64,000 bases of DNA from Hypanus sabinus (lineage: Eukaryota). The DNA lies in the NCBI RefSeq assembly GCF_030144855.1, contig NC_082706.1:34286001-34350000 (forward strand), written 5' to 3'. Of this stretch, positions 1 to 60,318 are shown piece by piece. A program made the position numbers and the translations under genes. Every line of letters begins with the position of its first letter. The first letter of the stretch is position 1. A model generated the notes under the pieces. The model had not been told where the DNA came from and searched no databases. It saw only the letters and a list, made by a program, of their open reading frames with translations.

Positions 1-355
1 GGGTCATGCAGCATTGTCAGAGGCAGAGAGTCGACCAGCAACCATCTCTTTGCTTCAACAAATGCTCCAGCAGTTTGTCTTCTTGCTCCAAGATCTGTAG
101 TTCTTCATCATCACTTTAAAACTGCTATCTAAATATTTTAAGAATCAACCAGCTTGGGTAGTTTGAAAGGAAAAAATATTAGAGATTCTGGAAAACAGGA
201 TTTTTCTGTCAGCTTCTTGTTTCATACTACCTTCATAATCTCTGTCTGTGCCAAACCACTCTACAGCAAACGAAGCATGCTTGAAGTGTGGTCACCGTTT
301 CAACGTGGAAAATGCAGTGCAGAGAATTCCACAAAAATCAACAACTAAAATTGCT

Positions 356-366
356 TTTATTTTATT
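356..366 (-). terminator. Candidate POLM polyadenylation signal (overlapping AATAAA x2)
   Basis: Plus-strand TTTATT at 356-361 and 361-366, ~440 nt downstream of the stop codon. Confidence 0.45.
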
Positions 367-805
367 CCATTTAGTTATTAAAGTTCAGATGACCATGATC
401 CTGGGAAGATAATTCATGCTTTTATGATGATAATAGCATGGGTATTTCACTTGCATCTTAGAGGATACATGATACTGCACTACTCTTACAGTGCAGTGAT
501 CCCTCAATGTCTGACATTATGTGTCTTTTTCTTGAGTTGAACTTGAAAAAGGAGACTCTGGAGTGACAGTGATCCCACTCACCCACTGATACACACCCAG
601 ATATGCATTAGACAGAAACCACATCCAAGCTGCTGAACAATCTGTACCATTGTGAATTACAAATTCAACAGCTTACTGTACAGAAGCAGTCCTGGGTGAG
701 TGCCCACCTTTTACCCAGTGTAAATTGACAAAAGTGCTACAAGTATTTTCTTCCGGAACCATTCTCTGCGGTATTTGTGTATTCCTATGGCCTGAGCTCA
801 GCCGA

Positions 806-48750
<47,945 letters not shown>

Positions 48751-48864
48751 GGTGCAGCTGACACAGGAGCTCACTAACCTAAGAAGGCAAAGGTAGGGTA
48801 TTACTGCTGAGAGAAGGGCTTGAGTCAAACTTCAAAAGGTACAGCACCAGACACAAGAAAGACT

Positions 48865-48985
48865 GAAGATGTCATAAATCTGAGCAACACACACAAAAAG
48901 CTGGATGAAATCAGCAGGTCAGGCAGCATCTTATGGAGGGAAATTAATAACCTTCACTTCAGGAGAAATCCTTCACCAGGACTCA
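48865..48985. mobile_element. Penelope-like terminal fragment in the POLM 5' intron
   Basis: gcaacacacacaaaaagctggatgaaatcagcaggtcaggcagcatc matches the end of the element at 55742. Confidence 0.55.
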
Positions 48986-49249
48986 GAACAACATGAACTA
49001 TTATGTAACTAAGAAACATGGAAGGCAACTTAGTAGGTGGGGGAATACAACTTGAAATTCAACATACCAATTCCTTCAAAAGCATGCCTGTCAACACTAA
49101 ATCAATATTCCAAGTGAAACTTAAGATGCAAGTGAAGATAATTAACAGCGAGACAGACAACGAGTAAGGGTGAAACTTAACAACTGTAAGAGCGATGGTT
49201 TAACGTACGGAGTCAAACAGTTCAGCTCTGTAAGGAAGCCGAGGCCGTC

Positions 49250-49560
49250 CAGGTGGATTCAAACATCACCCTCACCCGGTTGAGCCCCCATACCGAGCAG
49301 CAGCTCGTCCTCGGCGGCGGGGTTCTAACGCGAGACCGGCGACCCGACCGGCACAGGCCGCGCGCGCGCGCGCGCGCACGCCCCGCGGCCGAGAATCCGG
49401 GACCGCGCGGACACGCACGCGCCTCCGTCCAAACGGAAGTCGAGGCTCTTCCGCGTGCGCGCGCTCTGGACGCTTACCGAACGGGAGTGCGCGCTGATGT
49501 CCCGGCTCTGACTTCAACTGGCACGGCTCCAATTACCACTTGGACAGACTTTGCACCGTC
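49250..49560. promoter_or_regulatory. CpG island, probable POLM promoter
   Basis: Abrupt GC/CpG-rich block in an AT-rich background, ~500-800 nt upstream of the ATG; contains (CG)9, an ETS-like CGGAAGT and NRF1-like GCGCGC motifs. Confidence 0.8.
49276..49450 (-). other. Probable non-coding first exon of POLM (5' boundary uncertain)
   Basis: Strong donor CGG|GTGAGG at 49276/49275 at the edge of the CpG island; matching acceptor before 48778. Confidence 0.55.
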
Positions 49561-51265
49561 ATGAATTTATACTTACGTAAAGTTATACTTACCGATCAAC
49601 AAGTATTTAAATCAGCATTTGCCTCGAAGGACCATGCACAGTACGTGGTAGGGACTTCTGCTGCATTGTGGTATGGGCAGGGCACTGCACTGCCAAAAAT
49701 GAACCTGCATTAAAGGCTGTTTCCTTTGCGCTGTCCTGCTAGCTTGTCCAACTGAACCGGTGGATGCCATATCAGCGTTGAGTGTGAGGTATTACTGCCG
49801 AGCTAGCAAGAAATGAGTGAGCGAGTGTGAGGGGTAAGAGAATGGGGGGGGGGGGGCTTCACTCGGACTCGGTGGTGTGACAGCTGGTGGATTCTGGTGC
49901 AAGTGAGCAAGTTTGAGAAGGGGCAGTGTTTTCTGTGCGCTGGGAACCGTTCCTTTCAACAAATGATAGCACCAAGGTCCCAGAGGACTGAGAAAGGAAT
50001 GGGGACAGAGGAAGGCGTAAAAAAGCCAATGAATTTATTGCTGCCACAGGCCATTCTTCTAAAAGGATCCAATAAAGACTTAAAATAATGGCTTTAATGG
50101 AACATTTTCACAAATCCCTGCCAGCAGGACCTAGAGAAATTCTCTCCAACAGGACATCAAACACCAGAAAGCACAAGAACAGGCCCTTGAGCACATGATG
50201 CCAAGTTAACCTGAACCTGTCTGCCCACGCATGATCCATAATCAACTAAATGCCCCCTAACCATCACTATCATGCCAACATACCACCAACTTCAATTGTA
50301 TCTTAGATTTTCATTGCAATTTTGCACAGTCTTCATTTTCCACTGAATGGTATATGTGTGGTTAATGTTCAGTCTGTTGTTTGTACCTACATATTTATTA
50401 TGCTGTGCAAACAAGTTTGGCATTGTACTTCACCCCATCGCACATGTCCACATGACAATCAATTCAACTTGACTTGAGCTTCTGTCATCTCCCACCTGCA
50501 ATGTGTTCCAGGCATCTGTCTGTGTAAAAGAACTTACATGCACATCTCCATTAAACTCTCCCTAGGTCCTCAAGTATTTGACATTTCTGTGCCTGGAAAC
50601 ATATTTTAACTGTTTGCCCTTCATTATTTTTGTAAACTTCTAGTCAGGTCTCCCCTCAGAGAAAACAACACAAGCTTGTCCAACCTTTTCTTCTATCAAA
50701 TTACCTCCATTCCATGCAGCACCCTGTTAAATGTCTTCTGCACTCTCCCCAAAGCCTCCACATCCTTCTTATAGTGTGGTGTCCAATACTCCCAAGTGAG
50801 CCCTAACCAGTTCTATACAGCTGCAGCTTGACTTCTTTATTCATATCCTCTGTTCTCTGACTGATGAAAGCAAGTTGTATGTTTTTTCTTTTAACCATCC
50901 TTTCTACTTGTGTTACTCCTTCCTGGGAGTTATGCACTTGGACCCCATGATTCTTCTGTACGTCAGTGCTCTTAAAGGTCATGCGATTAACTGTATAATT
51001 TTCTCCATTAGACCTCCAAAAGCACAACATGATCAAATCCTTGAATTAAGCTGCTTCTGTCATTTCTCATCCCATATCTATATTCTGCTCTATATTTTGA
51101 ACGCCTTCTTCACTCTCTGCAACTCTACTTTTTTTTTTGTGTCAGCTGCAAACTTACTAATCAACCTGTCTGCACGTCAATCAAGCATTTATATTTATCT
51201 CAAACAACAGAGATCCTGGCACAGCTCTCTGTGAAACCCACTGGTCACAGATCTCCAGATAGAAT

Positions 51266-51433
51266 AACATACATAAAATGCTGGAGGAACTCAACAGGCC
51301 AGGCAGCACCTATGGAAAAAAGTACAGTCAATGTTTTGGGCCAAAACCCTACGGCAGGACTGGAGAAAAAAAGCTGAGGAACAGATTTGAAAGGTGGGGG
51401 GAGAGGAGGGAGAAATGACAGGCGATAGGTGAA
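51266..51433. mobile_element. Penelope-like terminal fragment
   Basis: aaaatgctggaggaactcaacaggccaggcagcacc...ggcaggactggag matches 55742-55830. Confidence 0.6.
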
Positions 51434-51439
51434 TAACAT

Positions 51440-52020
51440 CCGTCATCAGAAACCTCTGCCTTCTATGGCCAAACTAATTTTGAATCCTCTCTACCAAATT
51501 GTGATGGAACCCAAGCATCTTAATCTTCTAGATCAGGAGTTCCCAACCTTTTTGAATGCTACGAAGCAAGGGGGTCTGTGGATCCCATGTTTGGAATCAC
51601 TGTTCTTGATCATCCCATCATGGGGAACATTGTCAAATGTGTTACAAAAGTCAATATAGACAATATTCACTGCCTTATCCCCATCAATCAGCTTCAACAG
51701 CTTCTCAAAACACTCAATCACATTTGTAAACCATGATTGGTCCCACATAAAGCCAAGCTGACTATTTCTAATAAGCTCACAATTTTTTCAAATGCGAGGA
51801 ATTCCCAGAACTTAGAATCCTCTCTAATAGCTTCCCTGCTAGTGACGTGAATTTCACCCACATATAACTTCTAAAATAATCCCAATTGCCCTTCATCAGC
51901 AAAGAAACAATACTGTCTCCAGTTCTTGTCTGATGCTAGGGAGGATGCAAAGATCTTTGTAAAGGCCCCAGCAATCTCCTCTCTTGCCTCTTCCATTACC
52001 TGGGATGGATCGTTGTGAGG
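51440..52020 (-). mobile_element. CR1 RT remnant
   Basis: ORF 51533-51748 CFEKLLKLIDGDKAVNIVYIDFCNTFDNVPH. Confidence 0.6.
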
Positions 52021-52899
52021 TAAAAAAGACTGGCTGAAAGGACCAATTTTTCTGTTGAATATAATTCACAGTCTGAGAATTTAAGAAAATCTCTCCTGCG
52101 TTCTTGATTCAATTTGTGAGACAGTGCAGAATTGTCCCTGGTATGGAAAAGGCACCGAAGAATGTGAAATGGTTTTGCCTCACGTGTTAGTGAGGTGCGG
52201 GCAGTGATGAAGATCACAGAGTTGGCTGTAGTCTTTTGATCTTCTGTGCACCCACAAATACCACAAGAGCCTCTAGTGGGAAAAACAGTAGATCACACAA
52301 GTGGAAAGGCGAGAGGCCTTGCTTTGGCTGGTATGGAGGCCAGCTAGTTTTGGAATGCATGTTAAGGATGGCCACGTTCAACCACTACTCCACAGGAAAT
52401 GTTGAATGGGTTTGCAAGATAACTCCTTGTAAGACAGTAGCTCTGATGCAAAGGGGTAGCTTTATGGAACAGTCCATTTGGGAAACCAAGGGAGATGAAC
52501 TGGAGTCAGGTGCATTAAAAAAAATAATAATAATGCATACTTGTAGAATGCATTATTGCCAAATGATTGGTAATCTCCCTATCAATTGATGAGTTATGAG
52601 GAGAATGTAAACCAAAACTATCTCAATCATCTTGCATTAAGACAACCGGTGTTTATCAGGAGGGGAGTTTTTGGGGAGCTGGATTGTCGGGTCGCCGCTG
52701 GAGACAGATGGATCCAGTGACCTATCAAGTTAAAGGGCCACAGTGAGTATCAAAACCAGGCACCAACTGAATCAGGTGAAGGACTGCGTGTCTTGGCTGA
52801 TGTGAAGATCCAGTAGTTATTCAAGCAGTGTATATTTTATTTATTAATTTTCTAGGATACTGGCATTTTTGAAAGGGCCAGCATTTATTTCTATTTATT

Positions 52900-54440
52900 C
52901 CCATAGACCATAAGACATAAGAGCAGGATTGGGGCATTCATCCCACCAATCTGCTCCGCCATTCCATTGAGGTTGATATATTACTGCTCTCAACCTCTTT
53001 TTCCTGCCTCCTCCTGTAACCTTTGATGCCCTTAAGAATCAAACGCCTATTATTTTAAATATACCCAATATCTTAAACTTCATAGCTATCTGTGCCAATG
53101 AATTCCACTGATTCACCACCTTCTCGCTAGAGAAATTCCTCCTTATCTGTGTTCTAAAAGGATGCCCTTGTAGATAGATAGATAGATAGATCGATAGATA
53201 GATACTTTATTCATCCCCAAGGGGAAATTCAACATTTTTCCAGTGTCCCATACACTTATTGTGCAAAACTAATTACATAAGTATTTAACTCAATATAAAT
53301 ATGATATGCATCTAAAATCAACCTCCCAAAAAGCTTTAAGAAATAGCTTTTAAAAAGTTCTTAAATAGTTACTAAAGTGCATTGAGTGGTAACTTAAGCT
53401 CAGTCCTAATCCCGGCACTTTAACATGTCTTGCCCCTGGTGGTTGAATTGTAGAGCCGAATGGCGTTGGGGAGTAATGATCTCTTCATCCTGTCTGAGGA
53501 GCATTGCATTGACAGCAACCTGCCGCTGAAGCTGCTTCTCTGTCTCTGGATGGTGCTGTGCAGAGGATGTTCAGGGTTTTCCGTGATTGACCGTAGCCTA
53601 CTCAGCGCCCTCCGCTCTGCCACCGATGTCATACTCTCCAGTTCTGTGCCCACGACAGAGCCCGCCTTCCTTACCAGCTTATTAAGACGTGAGGCGTCCC
53701 TCTTCTTAATGCTGCTTCCCCAGCACGCCACCACAAAGAAGAGGGCGCTCTCCACAACTGACTGATAGAACATCTTCAGCATCTCACTACAAACATTGTA
53801 TTATGAGACTGTGTTCTTTGGTCCTAGACTCTCCCACTATTGAAAACATAATCTGCATGTCCATTCTGTCTAGACCTTTCAGTATTCAATAGGTTTCAAT
53901 GAGATCTTCTCTCAATCTTCTAAACTCCAGAGAGTATAGACCTAGAACTATACGCTGGACCCTCTCCAAAGCCAGCACATCCTTCCTTAGATCGGGGGTC
54001 CAAATCTGCTCACAATATTCCAAATATGGTCTGACTGATGACTTAGAAAGCCTCAGAGTTACATTGTTGCTTTTATATTCTAGTGTTCTCAAACTGAATG
54101 TTATTGTTTCCTTTGCCTTCCTCACACCAATTCAACCTGCAAGTTAATCTTTAGGAAAACATTTACTAGGGCTCCCAAGTCCTTTTGCACCTCTAATTTC
54201 TGAATTGCTCCTTGTTTAGAAAATAGTGTATGCCTTTAGTCCTTCTACAAAAATGCCTGACCATACACTGTATTCCATCTGCCTCTTCCTTGCCCATTCT
54301 CCTGATCTATCAAAATCCTTCTGTAGACTCCCTGCTTCCTTGACACTACCTGTCCCGCTGACCTTGGAAATGCTGGGTTGCCTCATTCTGGAACTGCTAT
54401 AGTCTTCCTGATGGAGGTATTCACACAATGCTGTTGGCAA
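52900..54440 (-). mobile_element. CR1 3' part hosting a Rex1 insertion
   Basis: TLEYKSNNVTLRLSKSSVRPYLEYCEQIWTP...LYSLEFRRLREDLIETY. Confidence 0.7.
53173..53795 (-). mobile_element. Rex1/Babar 3' fragment with (TATC)n tail
   Basis: ORF 53420-53782 MFYQSVVESALFFVVACWGS...AIRLYNS; (GATA)n microsatellite ~53171-53202; TTGTA duplicated at 53168-53172 and 53796-53800. Confidence 0.82.
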
Positions 54441-54939
54441 GGGAATTTCAGTATTGGGAACCTGCAACAAAGACAAATGGTCATACATCAGTAAATGAGG
54501 GTAGCGTGCAACTTGGAGAGCATTATGTTCCTATGTTGCTTGCATTAGTGACTGCAGAGCATTTCCCAGATGGTACACACTGTGGGCAGTGCTCTGCTGC
54601 TGGTTGTGGAAATGAATCTTTAGAGAGATAGGGGAGTGCGGAACAAGTGGACTCAACCACTTTCCCCTGAGGCATTAAATCTCAGAAAGCCTCTCCTGGA
54701 CACAATAACAAAGAAGCAGTTTGAGAAGTTAGAGGAGATTTTGTATGCCAGCAAAGACTCTTACAAATTTCAACAGATGCACGGTGCAGATCATTCTAGC
54801 TACAACACAGCCTGGTATGCAGGTTGCAATATGCAGGATTGAAAGAGGCCTCAGAGGTTTGAAGACTCAACCAGCTCCATCACAGGCACAATCTTTCCCA
54901 AGTCTTCAAAAGGCAACACCCATCATTAAGGACCCTCAC

Positions 54940-55176
54940 TGTTGTGTATTTAATATTTTAGTAATATTGGAAATATATTGTTTGAGTCAGCATTCTTTTT
55001 TGTTCACATGTGCATTGTAGGTCATATGTAAAAGCACATGAATAGCATACGTCATCACACCACCACGTCATTAGTGTGTGCCTTGCTAGAAATAAGAATG
55101 AAGTTTATGCACATCTCTTGGTCTCCTTTGTTTTTCTTTTGATTGGCTTTATGTATTTAAGTCACAAAACGTAACA
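54940..55176 (+). mobile_element. Solo LTR of the Mag-like family
   Basis: TGTTGTG...GTAACA; similar to 47173-47413; 5-bp flanks CTCAC/TTCAC; inserted in an L2-like remnant. Confidence 0.7.
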
Positions 55177-55272
55177 TTCACCACCTGTGACTTGCCCTCT
55201 TCTCATTAGTACCATCACAGAGGAGATACATAATCCTTAAGACTCACACTTAACTTTTCAGTAACAGCTTCT

Positions 55273-55740
55273 TCCCCTCTGGCACTCTGCAGGGCTGTGT
55301 GCTCAGCCCGCTGCTGTTCACACTGCTGACACATGACTGTGTCACAGGATTCAGCTCAGACAGTGTCATCAAGTTTGCAGATGATAGGACAGTGGTTGGC
55401 CTCATCAACAACAATGATGAGTCCGGGTACAAAGAGAAATGGGAGTGGCTGGTGGATTGGTGTGAGAAAAACAACCTGATCCTGAATGTGGAGAAGACCA
55501 AAGAAACCATTGTAAGCTTCAAGAAGGTACAGAAGAACCATAGAGAGACTTTAGTGCACTAAATTCCTGGGAGTTCACATCATGGATGACCTCAACTGGT
55601 CCCTTAATATCACCTCCCTGGACAAGAAGGTACAACAGCACCTCCACTTCCTAAGGAGATTCAGGCAAGCAAGGCTTCCCCTCTCCCCATTTTAACTTTA
55701 GGAGCACCATTGAGAGCCTCCTGACAAATTGCATCTCCAA
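55273..55740 (+). mobile_element. Rex/L2-type RT fragment
   Basis: QGCVLSPLLFTLLTHDC...KFADD...LNVEKTKE. Confidence 0.7.
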
Positions 55741-57174
55741 GCAACACACACAAAATGCTAAGGGAACTCAGCAGGCCAGGCAGCATCTACAGTCAGTGTT
55801 TTGGGCCGAGACTCTTCATCAGGACTGGAAAAAAAAGATGGGAAGTTAGAGCAAGAAGGTGGGGGGATTGGAAGAAGAAGTAGAAGGTAGTAGGTGCTAG
55901 ATGAAACTGGGAGAGGGAGCAGGATGAAATAAAGAGCTGGGCAGTTGATTGGAGAAGGGGGAATCTGATAGGAGAGGAAAGAAGACCATGACAGGAAGAG
56001 AAAGGGAAGGAGCACCAGAGGGAGGTGATGGGCAGGAAAGGAGATAAGGTGAGAGAGGGAAATGGAAATGGGAATGGTGAAGAATGGGATGGAGGGGGCA
56101 ATCACTGGAAGTTTCAGAAATTGATGTTCATGCCATCGGGTTGGAGGCTACCCAGAGAGGTTTTGCTCTTCCAGCCTGAGTGTAGCCACATCACGGCAGT
56201 GGAGGAGGCCATGGACTGATGTGCCAGAATAGAATTAAAATAGGTGGCCACCAGAGATCCTATTTTTCTGGTGATGGAGCATAGTTGTTCAGCAAAGCAG
56301 TCTCCCAATCCACATCGGGTTTCACTGATATACAGAAGCCACATTGAGAACACTGGAAACAGGAGAAGTGTCGCCTCATCTGGAAGAACTGTTGGGGCCT
56401 TGAATAGAAGTGAGGGAGGAGGTGTAGGGGCAGGTGTGGCACTTGTTCCACTTGCAAGGAGAAGTACCAGGAGGGAGATCAATGGGAAGGGATGAATGGA
56501 CAAGGGAGTGGCATAGGGAGCGATCCCTGTAGAAAACGTAAAGTGGGGGAAAGGGAAGTGCTTGGTGGTGGGATCCGATGGAGATGCTGGAATGTACGGA
56601 GAATTATGTGCTGGATGCAGAGGTTAGTGGTGTGGTAGGTGAGGACAAGAGGAACCCTATTCCTGGTGTGACAGTGGCTGACGTGCACAAAATGGAAGAG
56701 ATGCGGGTGAGGGCAGCATTGATGGTGGAAGAAGGGAGTCTCTTTAAAGAAGGAGGACATCTCACTAGTTCTGGAATGAAAAACAGATGTGATGAAGACA
56801 GAGGAAATGAGAGAAGAGAATGGCATTTTTACAAGTGACAGGGTGGGAAGAGATTTAGTCCAGGTAGCTGTGAGAATCGGTGGGTTTATAAAAGATATCA
56901 GTTGATAAACTGTCTCCAGAAATAGAGACAGAGAGATCGAGAAAGGGAGGGAGGACCAGGTAAATTTGAGGGCAGGATAGAAGTTAGAGGCAAAGTGGAT
57001 AGAGTCGACGAGTTCCGTGTGTGTGCAGGAAGCAGCGCCAATTCAGTCATCAATGTAGCATAAGAAAAGTTGGGGAAAGATACTGGTGTAGGCTTGGAAC
57101 ATAGACTGATCGACGTAGCTGGCAAAAAGGCAGGCATAGCTGAGACCCATGCGAGTACCCATGGCTACACCTTG

Positions 57175-57869
57175 TGTGTTGCCTTTATGGCAGTTATTTA
57201 GTTTATAATATTTTCGCTTAGTTTGTTAGCATTTTAGTTAAAGTTAGGATTGTTTAGCATTTTAGTTAAAGTTAGGATTGTTTAAAGTAAATTCGTTGTC
57301 TGTGATATATCGCGGCATGCGATGACATCACATCCGGTTTCGCCGCGTCTTGTGGGAAAATACCGGCTTGGAGAAACGGGAAGGTGGGGGCCACACATGT
57401 GCGAGTCCAGCGCAAGAAAAGTTGTCTTTCTACGCACTAGAAACATAGTGGAAGCAACGCCGTAAGTCATGAGATAATCGATATGTTGAATTAAAATGTT
57501 AACGCCGATCCTGTTAAAAGTAACGACAGTCGATAAGGTTTATGTTTTTGTTAGTTAAAGAGTTGCAGATAGTTTGTGTTGAAGTGTATTTAAAGCAGTC
57601 AATGGCATAGGTAGATTCTGACTGTATGCTGCACTTTCATGTAATGTAGTAGTTGTAGTGTTACTTTTGCAAGTATTTACGATGTAAGTGTAATATCAAG
57701 AAGGAAACAAATGCTGTACAAATCTTGTATTGTTTTATCAACAGTTTTCACCATATATTAATGAGGAAGAGCGAACAGTAAATGGTTAATCTTACTGTGA
57801 CCCTGTTTTCATTGACCACGGTTTATCTCGGTGTTTAGTTCGGCGTTCCGTTACACCCTAGCGAGAACA
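57175..57869. mobile_element. Unclassified 695-bp insertion (TGT...ACA) with a 10-bp target duplication
   Basis: CTACACCTTG at 57165-57174 and 57870-57879; Penelope RT is contiguous when the insert is removed. Confidence 0.7.
57226..57281. repeat. Perfect 28-bp tandem duplication
   Basis: TTAGCATTTTAGTTAAAGTTAGGATTGT x2. Confidence 0.9.
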
Positions 57870-57964
57870 CTACACCTTGGTTTGGAGGAAGTGGGAGTAG
57901 CGGAAAGAGAAATTATTGAGATTGAGGACCAGTTCCGCCAGATGGAGGAGAGTAGTGGTGGAGG

Positions 57965-60318
57965 GGAACAACAGTGCCTCTGTGCCTCCGGCACAGAGTC
58001 TGGCCCTGTGGCTCAGAAGGGTAGGGAAAGGAAGAGGAAGGCAGCAGTGATAGGGACTCCAGGGTCCGGGATGTTTCTGATCGCTTCCACGATATCCTGA
58101 AGTGGGAAGGAGAACAGCCAGATGTCGTGGTACATATTGGTACCAACGAGATAGGCAGGAGGTCTTGAAAACAGACTACAGGGAGTTAGGAAAGAAGCTA
58201 AGAAGCAGGACCATAAGGGTAGTAATCTCAGTATTACTTCCTGTGCCATGTAACAGTGAGTAGGAATAGAGTGAGGTGGAGGGTAAATGCATGGCTGAGG
58301 GATTGGAGCAGGGAGCGGGGATTCAAATTTCTGGATCATTTGGACCTCTTTTGGGGCAGGCGTGACCTGTACAATAAGGATATGTTGCACTTGAATCCCA
58401 GGGGAACCAATATCCTGGCAGGGGGATTTGCTAAGGCGATTGGAGAGAATTTAAACTAGAATTCTTGGAGGGTGGGAACTGTACTGAAGAGAAGGAGGAA
58501 AGGGTGGTTGGCTAACAAATAGAGAAATAAAACTTGTAGGCAATGTGAGGGGGAGGAAGGCAGGTGATAGAGAAGGGATGCGCTCAGACTGATGGTTTGA
58601 GATGTGTATTTTAATGCAAGGAATGTCATGAACAAAGTGGATGAGCTTAGAGCGTGGATCAGTACTTGGAGCTATGATGTTGTGGCCATTACAGAGACTT
58701 GGATGGCTCAGGGGTAGGAATGGCTACTTAGAGTGCCAGGCTTTAGATGCTTCAGAAAGGGGTCAAGACAGGGAGGGAGGCAAAAGAGGTGGGGGTGTGG
58801 CACTGCTGATCAGAGATAGTGTCATGGCTTCAAAAAAGGAGGAAGTCATGGAGGGATTGTCTATGGAGTCTCTGTGGGTGGAAGTTAGAAACAGGAAGGG
58901 GTCAATAACTCTACCGGATTTTTTTAAATATATAGACCACCTAATAGTAACAGAAACAACGAGGAGCAGATAGGGAGACAGGTTCTAGAACAGTGCAATA
59001 ATAATAGGATGATCGCGATGGGAAATTTTAATTTCCCCAATATTGATTGGCATCTCCCTAGACCAAGGGATTTAGATGGGTTGAAGTTTGTTAAGTGTGT
59101 TCGGGAAGGTTTCCTGACATAATATGTAGATAAGCCCACAAGAGGAAAGGCTGTACTTGATCTGGTATTGGGAAATGAACCTGGTCAGGTGTCAGGTCTC
59201 TCAGTGGGAGAGCATTTTGGAGATAGCGATCACGTTTCTATCTCCTTTACCATAGCATTGGAGAGGGGTAGGTACAGACAAGTTAGGAAAGCGTTTAATT
59301 GGAGTGAGGGGAAATATGAAGCTATCAGGCAGGAACTTGGAAGCATAAATTGTGAACAGATGTTCTCAGGGAAATGTACGGCAGAAATGTGGCAAATGTT
59401 CAGGGGATATTGGCGTGGGGTTCTGCATAGGTATGTTCCAATGAGATAGGGAAAGGATGGTAGGGTACAGGAACCATGGTGTATGAAAGGTGTAGAAAAT
59501 CTAGTCAAGAAAAGCTTATGAAAGGTTCAAAACACTAGGTATGATAGAGATCTAGAAAATTATAAGGCTAGCAGTAAGGAGCTTAAGAATGAAATTAGGA
59601 GAGCCAGAAGGGGCCAAGAGAAGGCCTTGGTGAGCAGGATTAAGGAAAACCCCACGGCATTCTGTAAGTATGTGAAGAGCAAGAGGATAAGACATGAGAG
59701 AATAGGACTAATCAAGCATGACAGTGGAAAAGTGTGTATGGAACAGGTAGCGGAGGTACAGTACTTAATGAATAGTTTGCTTCAGTATTCACTATGGAAA
59801 AGGACCTTGGCAATTGTAGGGATGACTTACAGCAGACTGAAAAGTTAGCCCAGGAAATTATAGACCAGTGATTCTTACTTCAGTGGTTGGTAAGTTGATG
59901 AAGAAGATCCTGAGAGGCAGGATTTATGTACATTTGGAGAGGCATAATATGATTAGGAATAGTCAGCATGGCTTTGTCAAAGGTAGGTCATGCCTTACGA
60001 GCCTGATTGAATTTTTTGAGGATGTGACTAAACACATTGATGAAGGAAGAGCAGTATATGTATAGTATAGTATATGTATGTAGTGTATATGGATTTCAGC
60101 AAGGCATTTGATAAGGTACCCCATGCAAGGCTTATTGAGAAAGTAAGGAGGCATGGGATCCAAAGGGATATTGCTTTGTGGATTCAGAATTGGCTTGACC
60201 ACAGGAGGCAAAGAGTGGTTGTAGACGGGTCATATTCTGCATGAAGGTTGGTGACCAGTGGTTTGCCTCAGGGATCTTTTATAAATGACCTGGATGAGGA
60301 ACTGGAGGGATGAGTTAG
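57965..60318 (+). mobile_element. Decayed CR1 LINE (ORF1 esterase, EN, RT start), truncated by the ERV
   Basis: VVHIGTNEI...LHLNPRGTNIL (ORF1); GGGVALLIRD...ESLWVE (endonuclease); SQHGFVKGRSCLT (RT). Confidence 0.8.

Larger units (their letters stand above)
55742..57968 (-). mobile_element. Penelope-like element (RT C-part + GIY-YIG), decayed, interrupted at 57175-57869
   Basis: GVAMGTRMGLSYACLF RT motif, RVPLVLTYH linker, LYISETR...FAEQL GIY-YIG-like region across frameshifts. Confidence 0.8.

Noticed and set aside
1-130. Acidic minus-strand frame SDDEELQILEQEDKLLEHLLKQRD at the window start
   Set aside because: Short, ends in a stop, has no clear splice sites and no family recognised.
49253-49564. 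ORFs 49253-49564 (+) and 49272-49532 (-) as proteins
   Set aside because: Arg/Ala/Pro-rich frames expected from a GC-rich CpG island; no recognisable domain.
49740-55000. A divergent plus-strand protein-coding gene (ORFs 52236-52589, 54428-54631, 54636-54842)
   Set aside because: No recognisable domains or exon chain; nearby ATGs at the island hit stops within a few codons, and 54745 onward is an L2 remnant.
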